A stretch of 63,999 nt of DNA, filler included, from Chrysochromulina tobinii (Eukaryota): assembly GCA_001275005.1 (NCBI GenBank). It is 8 parts of 8 records of this genome, joined end to end, with 100 filler letters (N's around TTAATTAATTAA, not from the genome) between each part and the next. Parts side by side here need not be neighbours in the genome. Positions count along the whole stretch, not along the records: positions 20,707 to 27,032 come from JWZX01001309.1; positions 27,133 to 46,449 come from JWZX01001310.1; 6 more parts are not named here. The stretch is one strand, 5' to 3'. Of this stretch, positions 23,701-34,600 are shown piece by piece. Within the stretch, counting starts at the first letter, position 1; every line of letters starts with the position of its first letter. The notes beneath the pieces are model-generated. The model was given only the letters and a program-made list of their open reading frames with translations, searched no databases and was not told the DNA's origin. The translations under genes were made by a program, and so were the position numbers.

Positions 23701-26700
23701 GATGTTCGTCGCGCCGCACCACTGGTTCTCGCTCGCTGCACGCGCCATGCAGCCCGCGTACGTGCGCGCATTGGCGTTGGACTCGCCGTAAAAGTCGCGG
23801 TTCCATCCGAACGCCGGGTAGTACGCGCTGCTGTTCGCAGCCCGGCAGCCGCTGCCAGCCGAGCACGGACAGCCCGTCGGGTGACGCATCCAGCATGAGC
23901 CGAAAGGCGTTGTCGGCAACGTCACGACAGGCGAGGGCGGCGGAGGAGCGCGTGGATTGGGCGGCGGTGGCGTGCCACCACACAGGGCGGCCTCGCAGAA
24001 GGTGGTCGCGACTATGAGGTTGCGGATCGAGAGGGTCCAGGGGGGTGTCGCGGTCCCCTGCCGGAAAGCGACTGCGCTGATCGTATATGTTGGATTCGCG
24101 GCCGCAGCCGTCAGGATGCTCGTGGAGGCCTGCGAGGTGGGGTTGACCCAGAGCGCGCACTTGTCGGTAACGGTGTCGAAGCTGTAGACCAGGCGATATG
24201 TGGCGCCAAACGCCATCTCGGCGGTGGTGCCATACGTAGAATACACCGTCGAGGCTTCAGTAAATACGCCGATGGCGAGCTTGTAGCCCGTGCTCGTGTG
24301 GCCAGTCGGGAAGACGCGGCACACGGAGGTCGCCACCGAGACCATGAAGTGCGTGAAGTACGTGACAGAGGTGCCTGTCAGGGTAAACGGGGTGGCATAG
24401 TTGAGGTCCATACCGGCGTACACCGAGCCATTAGACACGGCTGTGAATGCGCTGTTCACGTCTTCAGCAGCAGCGCTGCTTACGGTCATTGCGCCTTGAC
24501 TGACTACAACAGGGCCCGAACCGGCTGAAGAATGGGCTGCCCACACGCCGCCCACGTCTGGCGTCGACCCCACGAGGTTGCCGTTGGTCGAGAAGTCGTC
24601 CCTCACGAGGATGGTAGGCGGGGGCGGCTGCGGAGGCGGCCTGGTCGGCGGCGAGGGCAGCTCGGGCGGAGAATGAGGCGGCGCGGGCGGCGACGGGGGC
24701 GAGGGCGGCGGCGACGAGGGCGAGGGTGGCGGCGGCGAGGGCGAGGGCGGCGGCGGCGAGGGCGAGGACGGCGAGGACAGCGGAGGAGCGCGTGGATTGG
24801 GCGGCGGTTGCGTGCCACCACACAGGGCGGCCTCGCAGAAGGTGGTCGCGACTATGAGGTTGCGGACCGAGAGGGTCCAGGGGGGTGTCGCGCTCGACTG
24901 CCGGAAAGCGATCCGGTCGATCGAGGTACTCGTGGCTGTAGTAGGCGTCAGGATGCTCGTGGAGGCCTGCGAGGTGGGGTTGACCCAGAGCGAGCACTTT
25001 TTGGTGGCAATGATGTAGCTGTAGACTAGGCGATATGTGGTGCCATACGCCAGAGTCTCTGCGGTGGCAGTCGTAACTTCGGTACCTGCTGCGCTGATGG
25101 CGAGCTTGTAGCCCGTGCTCGTGTGGCCAGTCGGGAAGATGCGGCACACGTAGGTCGCCACCGAGACCATGAAGTGCGTGAAGTACGTGGCAGTGGTGCC
25201 GTTTGTGGTGGACGGGGTGGCATAGTTGAGGTCCATACCGGCGTACACCGAGCCCACAGACACGGCCGGTGTGAATGCGCTGTTGACGTCTTCAGCAGCA
25301 GCGCTGCTTACGGTGATGGCACCTTGACTGACTACAACAGGGCCCAAGCCGGCTGCCGCGTGGGCTGCCCACACGCCGCCCACGTCTGGCGTCGACCCCA
25401 CGAGGTTGCCGTCGGTCGAGAAGTCGTCCCTCACGAGGATGGTAGGCGGCGGGGGCGGCGGAGGCGGCCTGGTCGGCGGCGAGGGCGGCGAGGGCGGAGA
25501 ACGAGGCGGCGCGGGCGGCGACTGGGGTGAGGGCGGCGGCGACGAGGGCGAGGGCGGCGGCGGCGAGGGCGAGGGCGAGGGCGGCGAGGGCGGCGGAGGT
25601 GGTGACGGCGACGGGTACGGAACGTAGTACGTCACGATGTTCGTCGTGCCGCACCAGTTGTTCTCAGTTGTTGCGCGCGTCGTGCAGCCCGCAAACGTGC
25701 GCGCGTTCAGGTTGCTCTCGCCATAAAAGTCGCGGTTCCATCCGTAAACTGGGTAGTACGCGCTGCTGTTCGCAGCGCGGCAGCCGCTGCCCGACGAACA
25801 CGGACAGCCCGTCGGGTGACGCATCCAGCACGAGCCGAAAGGCGATGTCGGAAGTGACAGATTCCCGGGCGGCGGCGGAGGAGGCGGAGACACCGTCACA
25901 TTCAGCGCCGCCGGTGGAGGAGGAGGCCGTGTCACATTCTGAGCCGCCGGCGGAGGCGGTGGTGTCACATTCGGCAGCGGAGGAGCGCGTGGATTGGGCG
26001 GCGGTTGCGTGCCACCACACAGGGCGGCCTCGCAGAAGGTGGTCGCGACTATGAGGTTGCGGATCGAGAGGGCCCAGGGGGGTGTCGCGCTCGACTGCCG
26101 GAAAGCGATCCGGTCGATCGAGGTACTCGTTGCTGTAGTAGTAGGCGTCAGGATGCTCAGGGAGGCCTCCGAGGTGGGGTTGACCCAGAGCGAGCACTTT
26201 TTGGTGGCAATGATGTAGCTGTAGACTAGGCGATATGTGGTGCCATACGCCAGAGTCTCTGCGGTAACAGTCGTAACTTCGGTACCTGCTGCGCTGATGG
26301 CGAGCTTGTAGCCCGTGCTCGTGTGGCCAGTCGGGAAGATGCGGCATACGGAGGTTGTTCCGGCTCCGGGCATGAAGTGCGTGAAGTAATTGACGATGCC
26401 CGCCGTGGTTGAAGACGGAGTGGGATAGATGATGTCCATACCGGCGTACACCGAGCCATTAGACACGGCTGTGAATGCGCTGTTGACGTCTTCAGCAGCA
26501 GCGCTGCTTACGGTGATGGCGCCTTGACTGACTACAACAGGACCCGAGCCGGTTGCCGCGTGGGCTGCCCACACGCCGCCCACGTCTGGCATCGACCCCA
26601 CGAGGTTGCCGTTGGTCGAGAAGTCGTCCCTCACGAGGATGGTAGACGAGGCCGGCGGCGCCGAGGTCGAGGGCGGCGGGGGCGAGGGCGAGGGCGGCGG

Positions 26701-27032
26701 CGGCGACGGTGGTGGTGGGGACGGCATGAGTGTGGGCGAGGGCGGCGGCGGCGAGGGCGGAGGAGGAGAGGGCGGTGGCGGCGAAGACGGCGGTGGCGAG
26801 GGCGGTGGCGAGGGCGGTGGCAACGGCGGCGGTGCCATGCCTGGTGGATAAGGTGGTGGATAAGGTGGAAGCGGCGGCAGCGGCGGCGGCGGCGGCATTC
26901 GAGGGCCGCAGTCGGTGCAGTCGGTGCCAAGGCTGCAGGAAGTAAACTCGGCCCCGGATCCGCCGTCGTCGCAGTCACCATCAGAGGCGTAGTCGCACGT
27001 TTCTGTGCATAGCAAGGGCAGCGGCGGCGACG
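20707..27032 (-). CDS. Large Pro-rich modular extracellular protein, partial at both ends: 2 CDDGG Cys modules, 3 DDFS beta-sandwich domains, 2 Cys-rich modules, 3 LamG/ConA-like domains, 1 PAN-like domain
   Basis: Open ORF of over 2100 codons. LamG-type motifs FTL.AWVY, RVIDFGNG, WTHVAVV, IYWNG, LYVGKS.W...F.G.M.DL.VWD.ALS; PPPSP linkers. Confidence 0.8.
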
Positions 27033-27316
27033 NNNNNNNNNNNNNNNNNNNNNNNNNNNNNNNNNNNNNNNNNNNNTTAATTAATTAANNNNNNNNNNNN
27101 NNNNNNNNNNNNNNNNNNNNNNNNNNNNNNNNAACACGGACTTAGCTCAACACGGACTTGCTAAGTCCGTGTTGAGCATGTGGTGTAACTATTAGATCCG
27201 TGTTGAGCAATAACCTCGTTTTAGTTTTCAGCTTTTCACAGCCTACGCAGAAATCCCAGACAAAAACCCCAGGGGGCTCCTCTCCGCGCTCCCGCCGCGC
27301 GCCAATGTGAACTCCA

Positions 27317-28768
27317 ATGTGCCTTTTCCGAACCCCATGGGGCGTCTGGATGACGTTCGTCCTTGGCTTCATCTACTTTGTTGCGTGTGGATGGCTGATG
27401 CCGCCACATGCACCCTACTGGAAACTGCTGCTGATGCACATGGCCCTGACGCCGCCTCCTATAATATACACAGTAATGGTTCTGGTGCTAAGTGATGACA
27501 CGTGCTTCTCCCAAGATTCCAACCAGCTTGGTGTAGCCAATACCATCGCGTGCATTGTTGTGCTCAGCCTCAGCATAGTTGCAGCACCCCTCTCGCACCC
27601 GTTTGCGCTCGGCCTACGGGCAATATTTGCTGCTCGCGTCATCGAGATCGAGGGTGATCTTCCGGCGAGACTTCGTGATGGGACGATACGACTTGTAGAC
27701 ATCGCTTGGTTGCTCAACCTTCCACCAGGCCATGGGATATTGCGAAGGCAGGAGCTCAGCGAGTCGGCTTTTGTCCCTGTGGAAAGGGCTGTGCACATGC
27801 TGCAGCAAGGGAAAGTTGCGGCATTATCTTACCGATGGCTTTCGCGCGGACATCCAGATCCCAACATTTTCCACCTTCGAGCATTGCAAGCTGTGCTTTC
27901 AAAGTGGCCAGGCTCTTCTATGTTGCCCGCAGGTCTCCTGTGGGATTTCGCGTCATTACCGCAGAAAGATGCGGATGGATATCGTTCCGATGAAGATGAG
28001 CGCGTGTTTAAGTCAGGACTGCGATGCATGGCCTCTGTGTATGCGAGCCCGCGAGTCCTCGTTCTACAACATAGGATGCTACCAGAAGGTGCAAAGGACG
28101 GGGATGGCATGGACCTCGTGCCATACGGCGGAGTGGATGCGCCTCCACTACCTGAACGAAGCACCGCTCCTGGCACTCGTTCAGGATGGTGCACATTTGA
28201 AGAAGCGGTGGCCTCTCTCGCGACCGCCGAAGGAGGCCGCCTCTACGAAATCGGCGTCGGCTGGCGTGCCGTCCGCGCTGATACACGTTGTTCACCTGCA
28301 GCCATGCGCACGATCTTTGAGGACCCTGCCACTTATTTCTTCGGAAGTGCCGACCGGACGAGTGTGGGCGACATGTACGCGCACCTTCACGAGAAAATGG
28401 TTGCATACGACAATCAGCATGGACGAGGCTTCCACCAAGTGGCGGAGGAGGTCATGACCATGGAGGGGCCAAAGTATGGTTGCTCGCGCATCAAAATATT
28501 TGTCTTGTTACCGATGTCAGTGCTGTCACTCGGCTTGGCACTTGCCGTCAGCCTTCAGATCTACCAGATCCTCATCGTCTTTGGTGGCATTGCATTGACC
28601 CCCTTTGCCATTATGTGCATCCCATCACCAAGTGTGCAACTTCACCTGCGTGCAATCGCTAGGGGCGTCCCTCGCCATATGCGAACACATGGAATGCGGT
28701 GCTCCTTGTGGGCTCCACCATTGTGGCAACGCTCTATGCGCGACCATGATCTTGCTGCGCGACCATGA
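27317..28768 (+). CDS. HET-like domain protein with N- and C-terminal transmembrane segments
   Basis: ALSYRWLSRGHPDP, LLWDFASLPQK, GL..M..VYA and RSGWCTFE resemble HET-related domains; hydrophobic stretches at both ends. Confidence 0.6.
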   Translation: MCLFRTPWGVWMTFVLGFIYFVACGWLMPPHAPYWKLLLMHMALTPPPIIYTVMVLVLSDDTCFSQDSNQLGVANTIACIVVLSLSIVAAPLSHPFALGLRAIFAARVIEIEGDLPARLRDGTIRLVDIAWLLNLPPGHGILRRQELSESAFVPVERAVHMLQQGKVAALSYRWLSRGHPDPNIFHLRALQAVLSKWPGSSMLPAGLLWDFASLPQKDADGYRSDEDERVFKSGLRCMASVYASPRVLVLQHRMLPEGAKDGDGMDLVPYGGVDAPPLPERSTAPGTRSGWCTFEEAVASLATAEGGRLYEIGVGWRAVRADTRCSPAAMRTIFEDPATYFFGSADRTSVGDMYAHLHEKMVAYDNQHGRGFHQVAEEVMTMEGPKYGCSRIKIFVLLPMSVLSLGLALAVSLQIYQILIVFGGIALTPFAIMCIPSPSVQLHLRAIARGVPRHMRTHGMRCSLWAPPLWQRSMRDHDLAARP

Positions 28769-28987
28769 GCACCTGCAACTTGCCAACTCCAACTGCAGAA
28801 GTTTCTCAAGTGTAGAACGGAACATAAGTGACAACTGACACGCGAATTAAATTCGTACTATTCAGTGGACAATTCAGCATTGAAAGCTGAGAATGTGCTT
28901 TATGTTTACGCTGTGCGGCATTTTTTGCGTACGCCCAGAGTGTGAATGCACGGTCGTGCCGTTTACGTATTGTGTGTGTTCATATGA

Positions 28988-29654
28988 ATGCGAAGAGGCG
29001 TGGAAAACCGCGTGACGGCAGAAAACGCGCAGCCGTTGGCCGACGACGTGACCGCCGAGGAGCTTGCAGCACGGCCGGAGCAGCCGAGGGCGCCGCGCAG
29101 CAAGTCGACCGAGGAAGCGTACGCGAGCTCGGCGAACAAATGGTGGCCGATGTTCCTTAAAGCGGTTTGCTGGGATGGCACTGAGAAGGGCGTGTTCATT
29201 GACGCCGCCGGCGACCCGATATCGACGGCCATATTATATCAATTTTTATATTCAATTGGTCCGGGGGGCATCCCCACGTATGTGCTCGCGCCAAACAAGG
29301 AGACGGTCGCGCGCCTCTGGGAGGAGTACACGACGGGCTTGAACGGTGGACCTGCCGTTCGCAACCTGATTCACGACTAAGGACTATGGCAGGAAGTGGC
29401 GCCCGCCTGGGGATGCAAGCCGCCAGCTCTGGAGGTGGCACTCGTATGTGTATGAGGAGATCGAGCGTCGCATGAAGGCCGGGGAGTCTGAGGTGGACGC
29501 ACTAGCAGGGGTGCAGGCGCGGCTTGATGCGCATGCTAAGCCCAAGCGCACAGGGAGAGGAAGACCGGCCTGCCCTGCCAACTGGAATGGGCTCGTTAGG
29601 GAGCTGCAGGCAGCGCATCCGCGTCGCGTTGAGGACGTAGAGGCCGATGTGTGA
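28988..29654 (+). pseudogene. Frameshifted GCR1_C-domain ORF, possible Crypton-like transposon remnant
   Basis: TVARLWEEYTTGLNGGPAVRNL continues in another frame (shift near 29375) as KDYGRKWR...QLW....VYEEIERR, the GCR1_C pattern. Confidence 0.55.
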
Positions 29655-29882
29655 GCCACCGTATCTCAGTTTCATCCAAGTCAGATCTTGGATTCTCACT
29701 TCACACTTCACAGCCAATGTTTAGAATTCGACACCCAAGACACCGGACACTTCACACGGTGTCTCCAGAGTTTCGCTCGCATTCAGTCAGGAGTCCTCAT
29801 CAGATGCGCCGTCTGGGGAGCCTCCGCAAACGCGAGGCGCAGGAGCTCGAGCCAAGCACCGCATCTCACGCAGCCAGCATCC

Positions 29883-30578
29883 ATGGGTGCAGGCTTCTCC
29901 TCCTCGCACAAGGCCAAGCTCGAGGCTGAGCTCGCGAAACGCACAGCTGAACTCGCCGAGATGAAGGCTCGCGTCGATGCCTTGGAGGCAGAGAAGGCGG
30001 CGAAGGAGAGGGTATCGAAGGTGGTCATGCCCGACTTTGTATCAACAGATCTCGTACCCGCGGGCTCACAGGCGCTCTTTGGAAGCGGGCTCGGAACCGC
30101 GGCCGGCTACGCCCTCCGCGTCGTCGGCAAGGCCGCCGCGTTCACGATCGGCGCGTCCTTCATTGGTTTGCAAACGCTGAGCTACCTCGGCTACGTCCAA
30201 GTGGACTGGCGCAAGGTGGAGCGCGACACGACGGCAAAACTCGACCGCGACGGCGACGGCAAGGTCACGGCCAATGATCTCGCCCTTGTTTGGCGTGAGG
30301 TGGAGAGCGTTCTCATATTCAATTGTCCGGCGGGCACGGGCTTTACCGCGGGGCTGCTGTACGGGATTGGCATGTCGGCGACGCGGGCGGGCGGCACGGC
30401 GGCGCTTGCAGGGCTCGGAGCGCGCATTATCCTGCCGCGCGTCGTCATTGGAGGAGCCACCGCAACCGCCGTCCCCGCGGCCGTCATAGCGGCGAAGCAC
30501 AAGTACGACCACGGGGGCGCAGACCAGAAGCCCAGCAGCAACACGGCGGCGGCGCAGGGGGCACCTCGGCCATCGTAA
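29883..30578 (+). CDS. FUN14 family mitochondrial outer-membrane protein with an EF-hand-like loop
   Basis: G..AGYALRVVGKAAAF.IG..FIGLQ.L.Y.GYVQVDW.KVE, DRDGDGKVTANDL, GF.AGLLYG. Confidence 0.85.
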   Translation: MGAGFSSSHKAKLEAELAKRTAELAEMKARVDALEAEKAAKERVSKVVMPDFVSTDLVPAGSQALFGSGLGTAAGYALRVVGKAAAFTIGASFIGLQTLSYLGYVQVDWRKVERDTTAKLDRDGDGKVTANDLALVWREVESVLIFNCPAGTGFTAGLLYGIGMSATRAGGTAALAGLGARIILPRVVIGGATATAVPAAVIAAKHKYDHGGADQKPSSNTAAAQGAPRPS

Positions 30579-30683
30579 CCTGTTTGCGGACTGGTATACG
30601 GCCGCAGCGTTTTTTACACGCGTCCAGACTCACGCTTGTTCAAAACTCACTGATCACGCCGAACTCGACAGTCGACTCGACCC

Positions 30684-31385
30684 TCAAGACCGAAGACACC
30701 GAAGGACGCCTAAGTTCACGCCTTCATCGCCCCCTCCGCATGCAGTGCTTCCATCCTCGTCACAGCGCGCAGCGTCTGCGGCCCGTGCGAGGACACTGCG
30801 CACGTCCTCGGGCTGCGCCGCAATGAGCGCCTCGAGCCTCGCCTCCGCCGCCGCATCGTCCCATGCGGCAGTGTAGAGCATCGCATCTTCTGGCGGTGGC
30901 GGGTGCTTGTAATATTTGGGTCGCCTGCCGACGATTTGCAGCCCGCATCGACTGTACAGCCCCATGGCGGCCGTGTTGCTCGAGCGCACCTCGAGCGTCA
31001 AGCATCGATGCCCGGCCGCGCGAGCCGAGCTGAGCGCGGACAGCAACAACGTGCGTCCCAAGCCGCAGCCACGCCAGCTCGGATGGACCACGATGGAGAG
31101 TAGGCTCGTTTCATCGAGGACGCGGTCCGTTGATGCGAATGCCACGAGCTCACCGTCTGCCCTAGCCACGTACGCAGTCGAACGGTCGTGGCTGAGCTCA
31201 CCGGTAAATTGCTCCTCAGACCAGCGTCCATCAGGTGGGTAACCGAGCACATCGAGAGCTCGGAGCGAGGATGCGAGTGTCTCTGCCCAAGCAAGCCGTG
31301 CCTGCTGGCCGCACATCGTGCACGGTGTGCGGCTCAGGGTCAGCAAAGAGGTCGGGTTCGAGGCGATCAGAGCGACCCCTTTCAT
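30684..31385 (-). CDS. RimI-like GNAT acetyltransferase
   Basis: WS...F..EL, DE..LLSIVVHPSWRGCGLG, LTLEVRSSN.AA.GLY...G..VGRRPKYY...EDA. Confidence 0.85.
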   Translation of the reverse strand: MKGVALIASNPTSLLTLSRTPCTMCGQQARLAWAETLASSLRALDVLGYPPDGRWSEEQFTGELSHDRSTAYVARADGELVAFASTDRVLDETSLLSIVVHPSWRGCGLGRTLLLSALSSARAAGHRCLTLEVRSSNTAAMGLYSRCGLQIVGRRPKYYKHPPPPEDAMLYTAAWDDAAAEARLEALIAAQPEDVRSVLARAADAARCDEDGSTACGGGDEGVNLGVLRCLRS

Positions 31386-31672
31386 CAGCCAACTTGAGGT
31401 TCAATGTGTGAATGTGATTCGACAGTTGTGAATGTGAAAGTGATTTTTTGGAGAACTTTGAACTGGCAGCTGTCGATTTTTTCCTGGTTCACCGGAGCGT
31501 ACCTAACGCGCGGTAGGATCCATCGGGGCACAACGAGTATACGCCCCCGCTATCCGGCCTATTCTGACGTCCCTATGAACGAAACGCACCGAAATGTACG
31601 CAACGACGTACTCGCAATCCACAACCCAGCCTACCGGGTGGACGTAGAAGTGAGGCGAGTCAGTTATGATGT

Positions 31673-34600
31673 TCAGGACTCGTCGCGATGGCGTCGGTAG
31701 ATTACGGGCCTTCTGGTGAAGCCCTTGATGCGTGACTTGAAGCGGTGGAAGCGGCCGCGCGCCGCCTTCTGCAGCTTGACCATGCGATCGAGATACGATG
31801 GCGGCGGGTTGGCCGCGCGAAGAGCAGCGGCCTCACGCCGCTTCTCGGCCTTCTGTTCGTTGCGCTCCTCCTGCGCAGTGGTGAACGTGAAGGGTGGAGT
31901 GTGAACGTGAAGGGTGAACTGAAGTGAGAAATGGAAGTGTGAATCGATTGGACGCCATTCGATGCGCTCCGGCGCTGTCAGAGGCACTGAGGTGCAATCA
32001 GAGGCACTCAGATGTCAACAAAGGCACTCAGAGGTCATCAGAGGCACTCAGGTGCAATCAGAGGTACTCAGAGGTCATCAGAGGCACTCAGGTCACCTCT
32101 GCGCCCTTCGCCGCGCCGTAGTAGTCATTGAGGATGGCAAGGAAGACGTTGACGAGGATGAAGAACATCCACACGACGTAGATGATGAAGAAGAGGACCG
32201 CGAGGGTGGTCTCCTGCGCCGTGCGCACCATGTCACGGTAGACGGCGACTGATCCAAAGAGGATGTTGAGCAGCGTGGTTGCAGATGAGAGCGTATCGGC
32301 GAACACACGCAGGGTAGGACCGAACATTTGCTCGGCGAACAGGGCGAAGCCCGCGATGAAGAGGAAGAGCATGAGGAAGAAGTACCTGATCAAGGGAGGC
32401 AATCGCTGGCCATTAGGGGGCACTCAACGGCACTCAACGGTAATCATCCGCAATCAACGTACGCCATGTCCTTGGTAGCGGACTCGAGCACGACCCAAAG
32501 CAGCGAGGTGGCGTCGAAGAGCCGAAAGTACCTGATGAGGGAGGCCATCAGGGAGGCATCAGAGGGGCCATCAGAGTGATGAGGGAGGCAATCAGGGAGG
32601 CATCAGAGGAGCCATCAGAGGCCATCCGAGGTCATTACTTGAACAGTTTGAGAAACGAGATTATAATGGAGAGGGAGTCGAAGGCGAAGGCAAGCACGTA
32701 GAAGTCCGCCACTGGGCCCAGCTCGGCATAGCGCGTGGCGAACATGCCCTTCGTGTACACCCAGCGCAACTCGGACGATGAGAAGAGCATGCGAGTCACC
32801 CAGGCGATGATGTAGGGGATGAGGTTTGCAATCTCGAGCATGTTCCAGATGTTGGTGATGTAAGGGATGGAGGTTCCGTACGTCCATCGTATCGACACGT
32901 AGCGCACGAATTCCTACGAGGCGCCGAGGTGGGCGCCGAGGCGGAAGGAGGAGCGTCAGGGGTACTCCGAGGTCACCAGAGGCCATCCGAGGCCATCCGA
33001 GGCCATCCGGATGGCCATCCGAGGCCATCTGAGGCCATTATGGGCCATCAGGGGCAGTGTACCTTGATGAAGAGGCGGAAGAAGAGGAGCATGAGCGCCG
33101 CGTCGTATTGGAACTCGACGGAGGTTAAGTAGTCGCTCATCTCCTTGACGCCCTCATACAGGTCGATCTTCATCACCTGCGATCTCGCGGGAGGGAGATG
33201 GCAATTGAGACAATCAAAGGCAATCAAGGCAATCAAGGGCATCTCCTGCACGCCCTCATACAGGTCGATCTTCCTCCCTTGAATTTGGGGATGGCGATCA
33301 GATGCAATCAGATGCAATCAGATGCAATCAGATGCAATCAGAGGCATCTCCGATTGTCCTTCCTCACCTTGAATTTGGGAATGGCAATCAGATGCAATCA
33401 GATGCAATCAGAGGCAATCAGAGGCATCTCCGATTGTCCTTCCTCACCTTGAATTTGGGAATGGGTGTGATGACGCCACCGGGCGAGAAGCGGAAGATGA
33501 GGTTACATGCGGCGTACAAGTTGAAGTTCGCATTGTAGACGGAGAAGTGCACGAACATCGCGCGCGTGCGCTCATCGAGCCACAGCATCTTCTTGAGCTC
33601 GTCGATGTCGGCGAGCATCCGGTCCTACAATCAAAGACAATCAAAGGCAATCAAAGGCAACCAAAGGCAATCAAAGGCAATCGAAGGCAATCAAAGGCAA
33701 TCAAAGGCGAGCATCCGGCCCTACAATCACGCGGATGGAGCGAGTGCCGTCAGAGGCCGTCCGAGGCCGTCCGAGGCCATCGGAGGCCATCGGAGGCACT
33801 CGGAGGCCGTCAGAGGCACTCAGAGATCATCAAAGGCCATCAGTACCTACCTTGGGCACGGTAGGGATGTCGGCCCCGGGGAGAGGCTCATCGGGACGAA
33901 TGTCACGCACGTAGCCGCCCCCGTCGAAGATCAGGTACGACGGCGCCTTCACTAGTGCCGCAGGGTAGTACTTGAAGCCGGAGCCTTGGAACGGTTCGGG
34001 CCCGCCGCACGTCTCGTTGTACTTGTTGATCTGCTCGATGCTCAAGCCGGGCGTGCCTAATAAGGCAGCACGCCCATCCGTGGTGCACGGCCCGAAGTCG
34101 TGCACGTCGCGCTTCTCCTCCGAGTACTCGAAGAAGCACTCGCCGCCACCCGTACACTCCGTCGGGTTGGAAGGGCTACACGGCTCGATAGGTCCCTGTG
34201 GGGAGAGGGGCGGGCGGGGCGCCGTGATGAGCACATGCATGCCAGCCGAGCACATGGCTGGAGAGCCAAGTACCTGTCATTAGTGGTCATTAGTGGTCAT
34301 TAGTGGTCATCATTGGTCATCATTGGAGAGCCAAGTACCTGGCATTAGTGGTCATCAGTGGTCATTAGTGGCGAGTCAAGTACCTGGAACACGAAGGATT
34401 GCTGGAACTTTCGCGATGCGATCTCGACGCGCCGTTGGATTTTGGGCGAGATATTGCACGAGATATTGCTCACACGCACCTGCATGCAAGGAGGGAGGCC
34501 ATGGGTGCATGCAAGGAGGGAGGCCATGCGAGACGCAGCTGGCTCGCTACCTGTCGGAAGCGCACCGCGCCCACGAGCTGGTTGTACATCATGATGTTGC

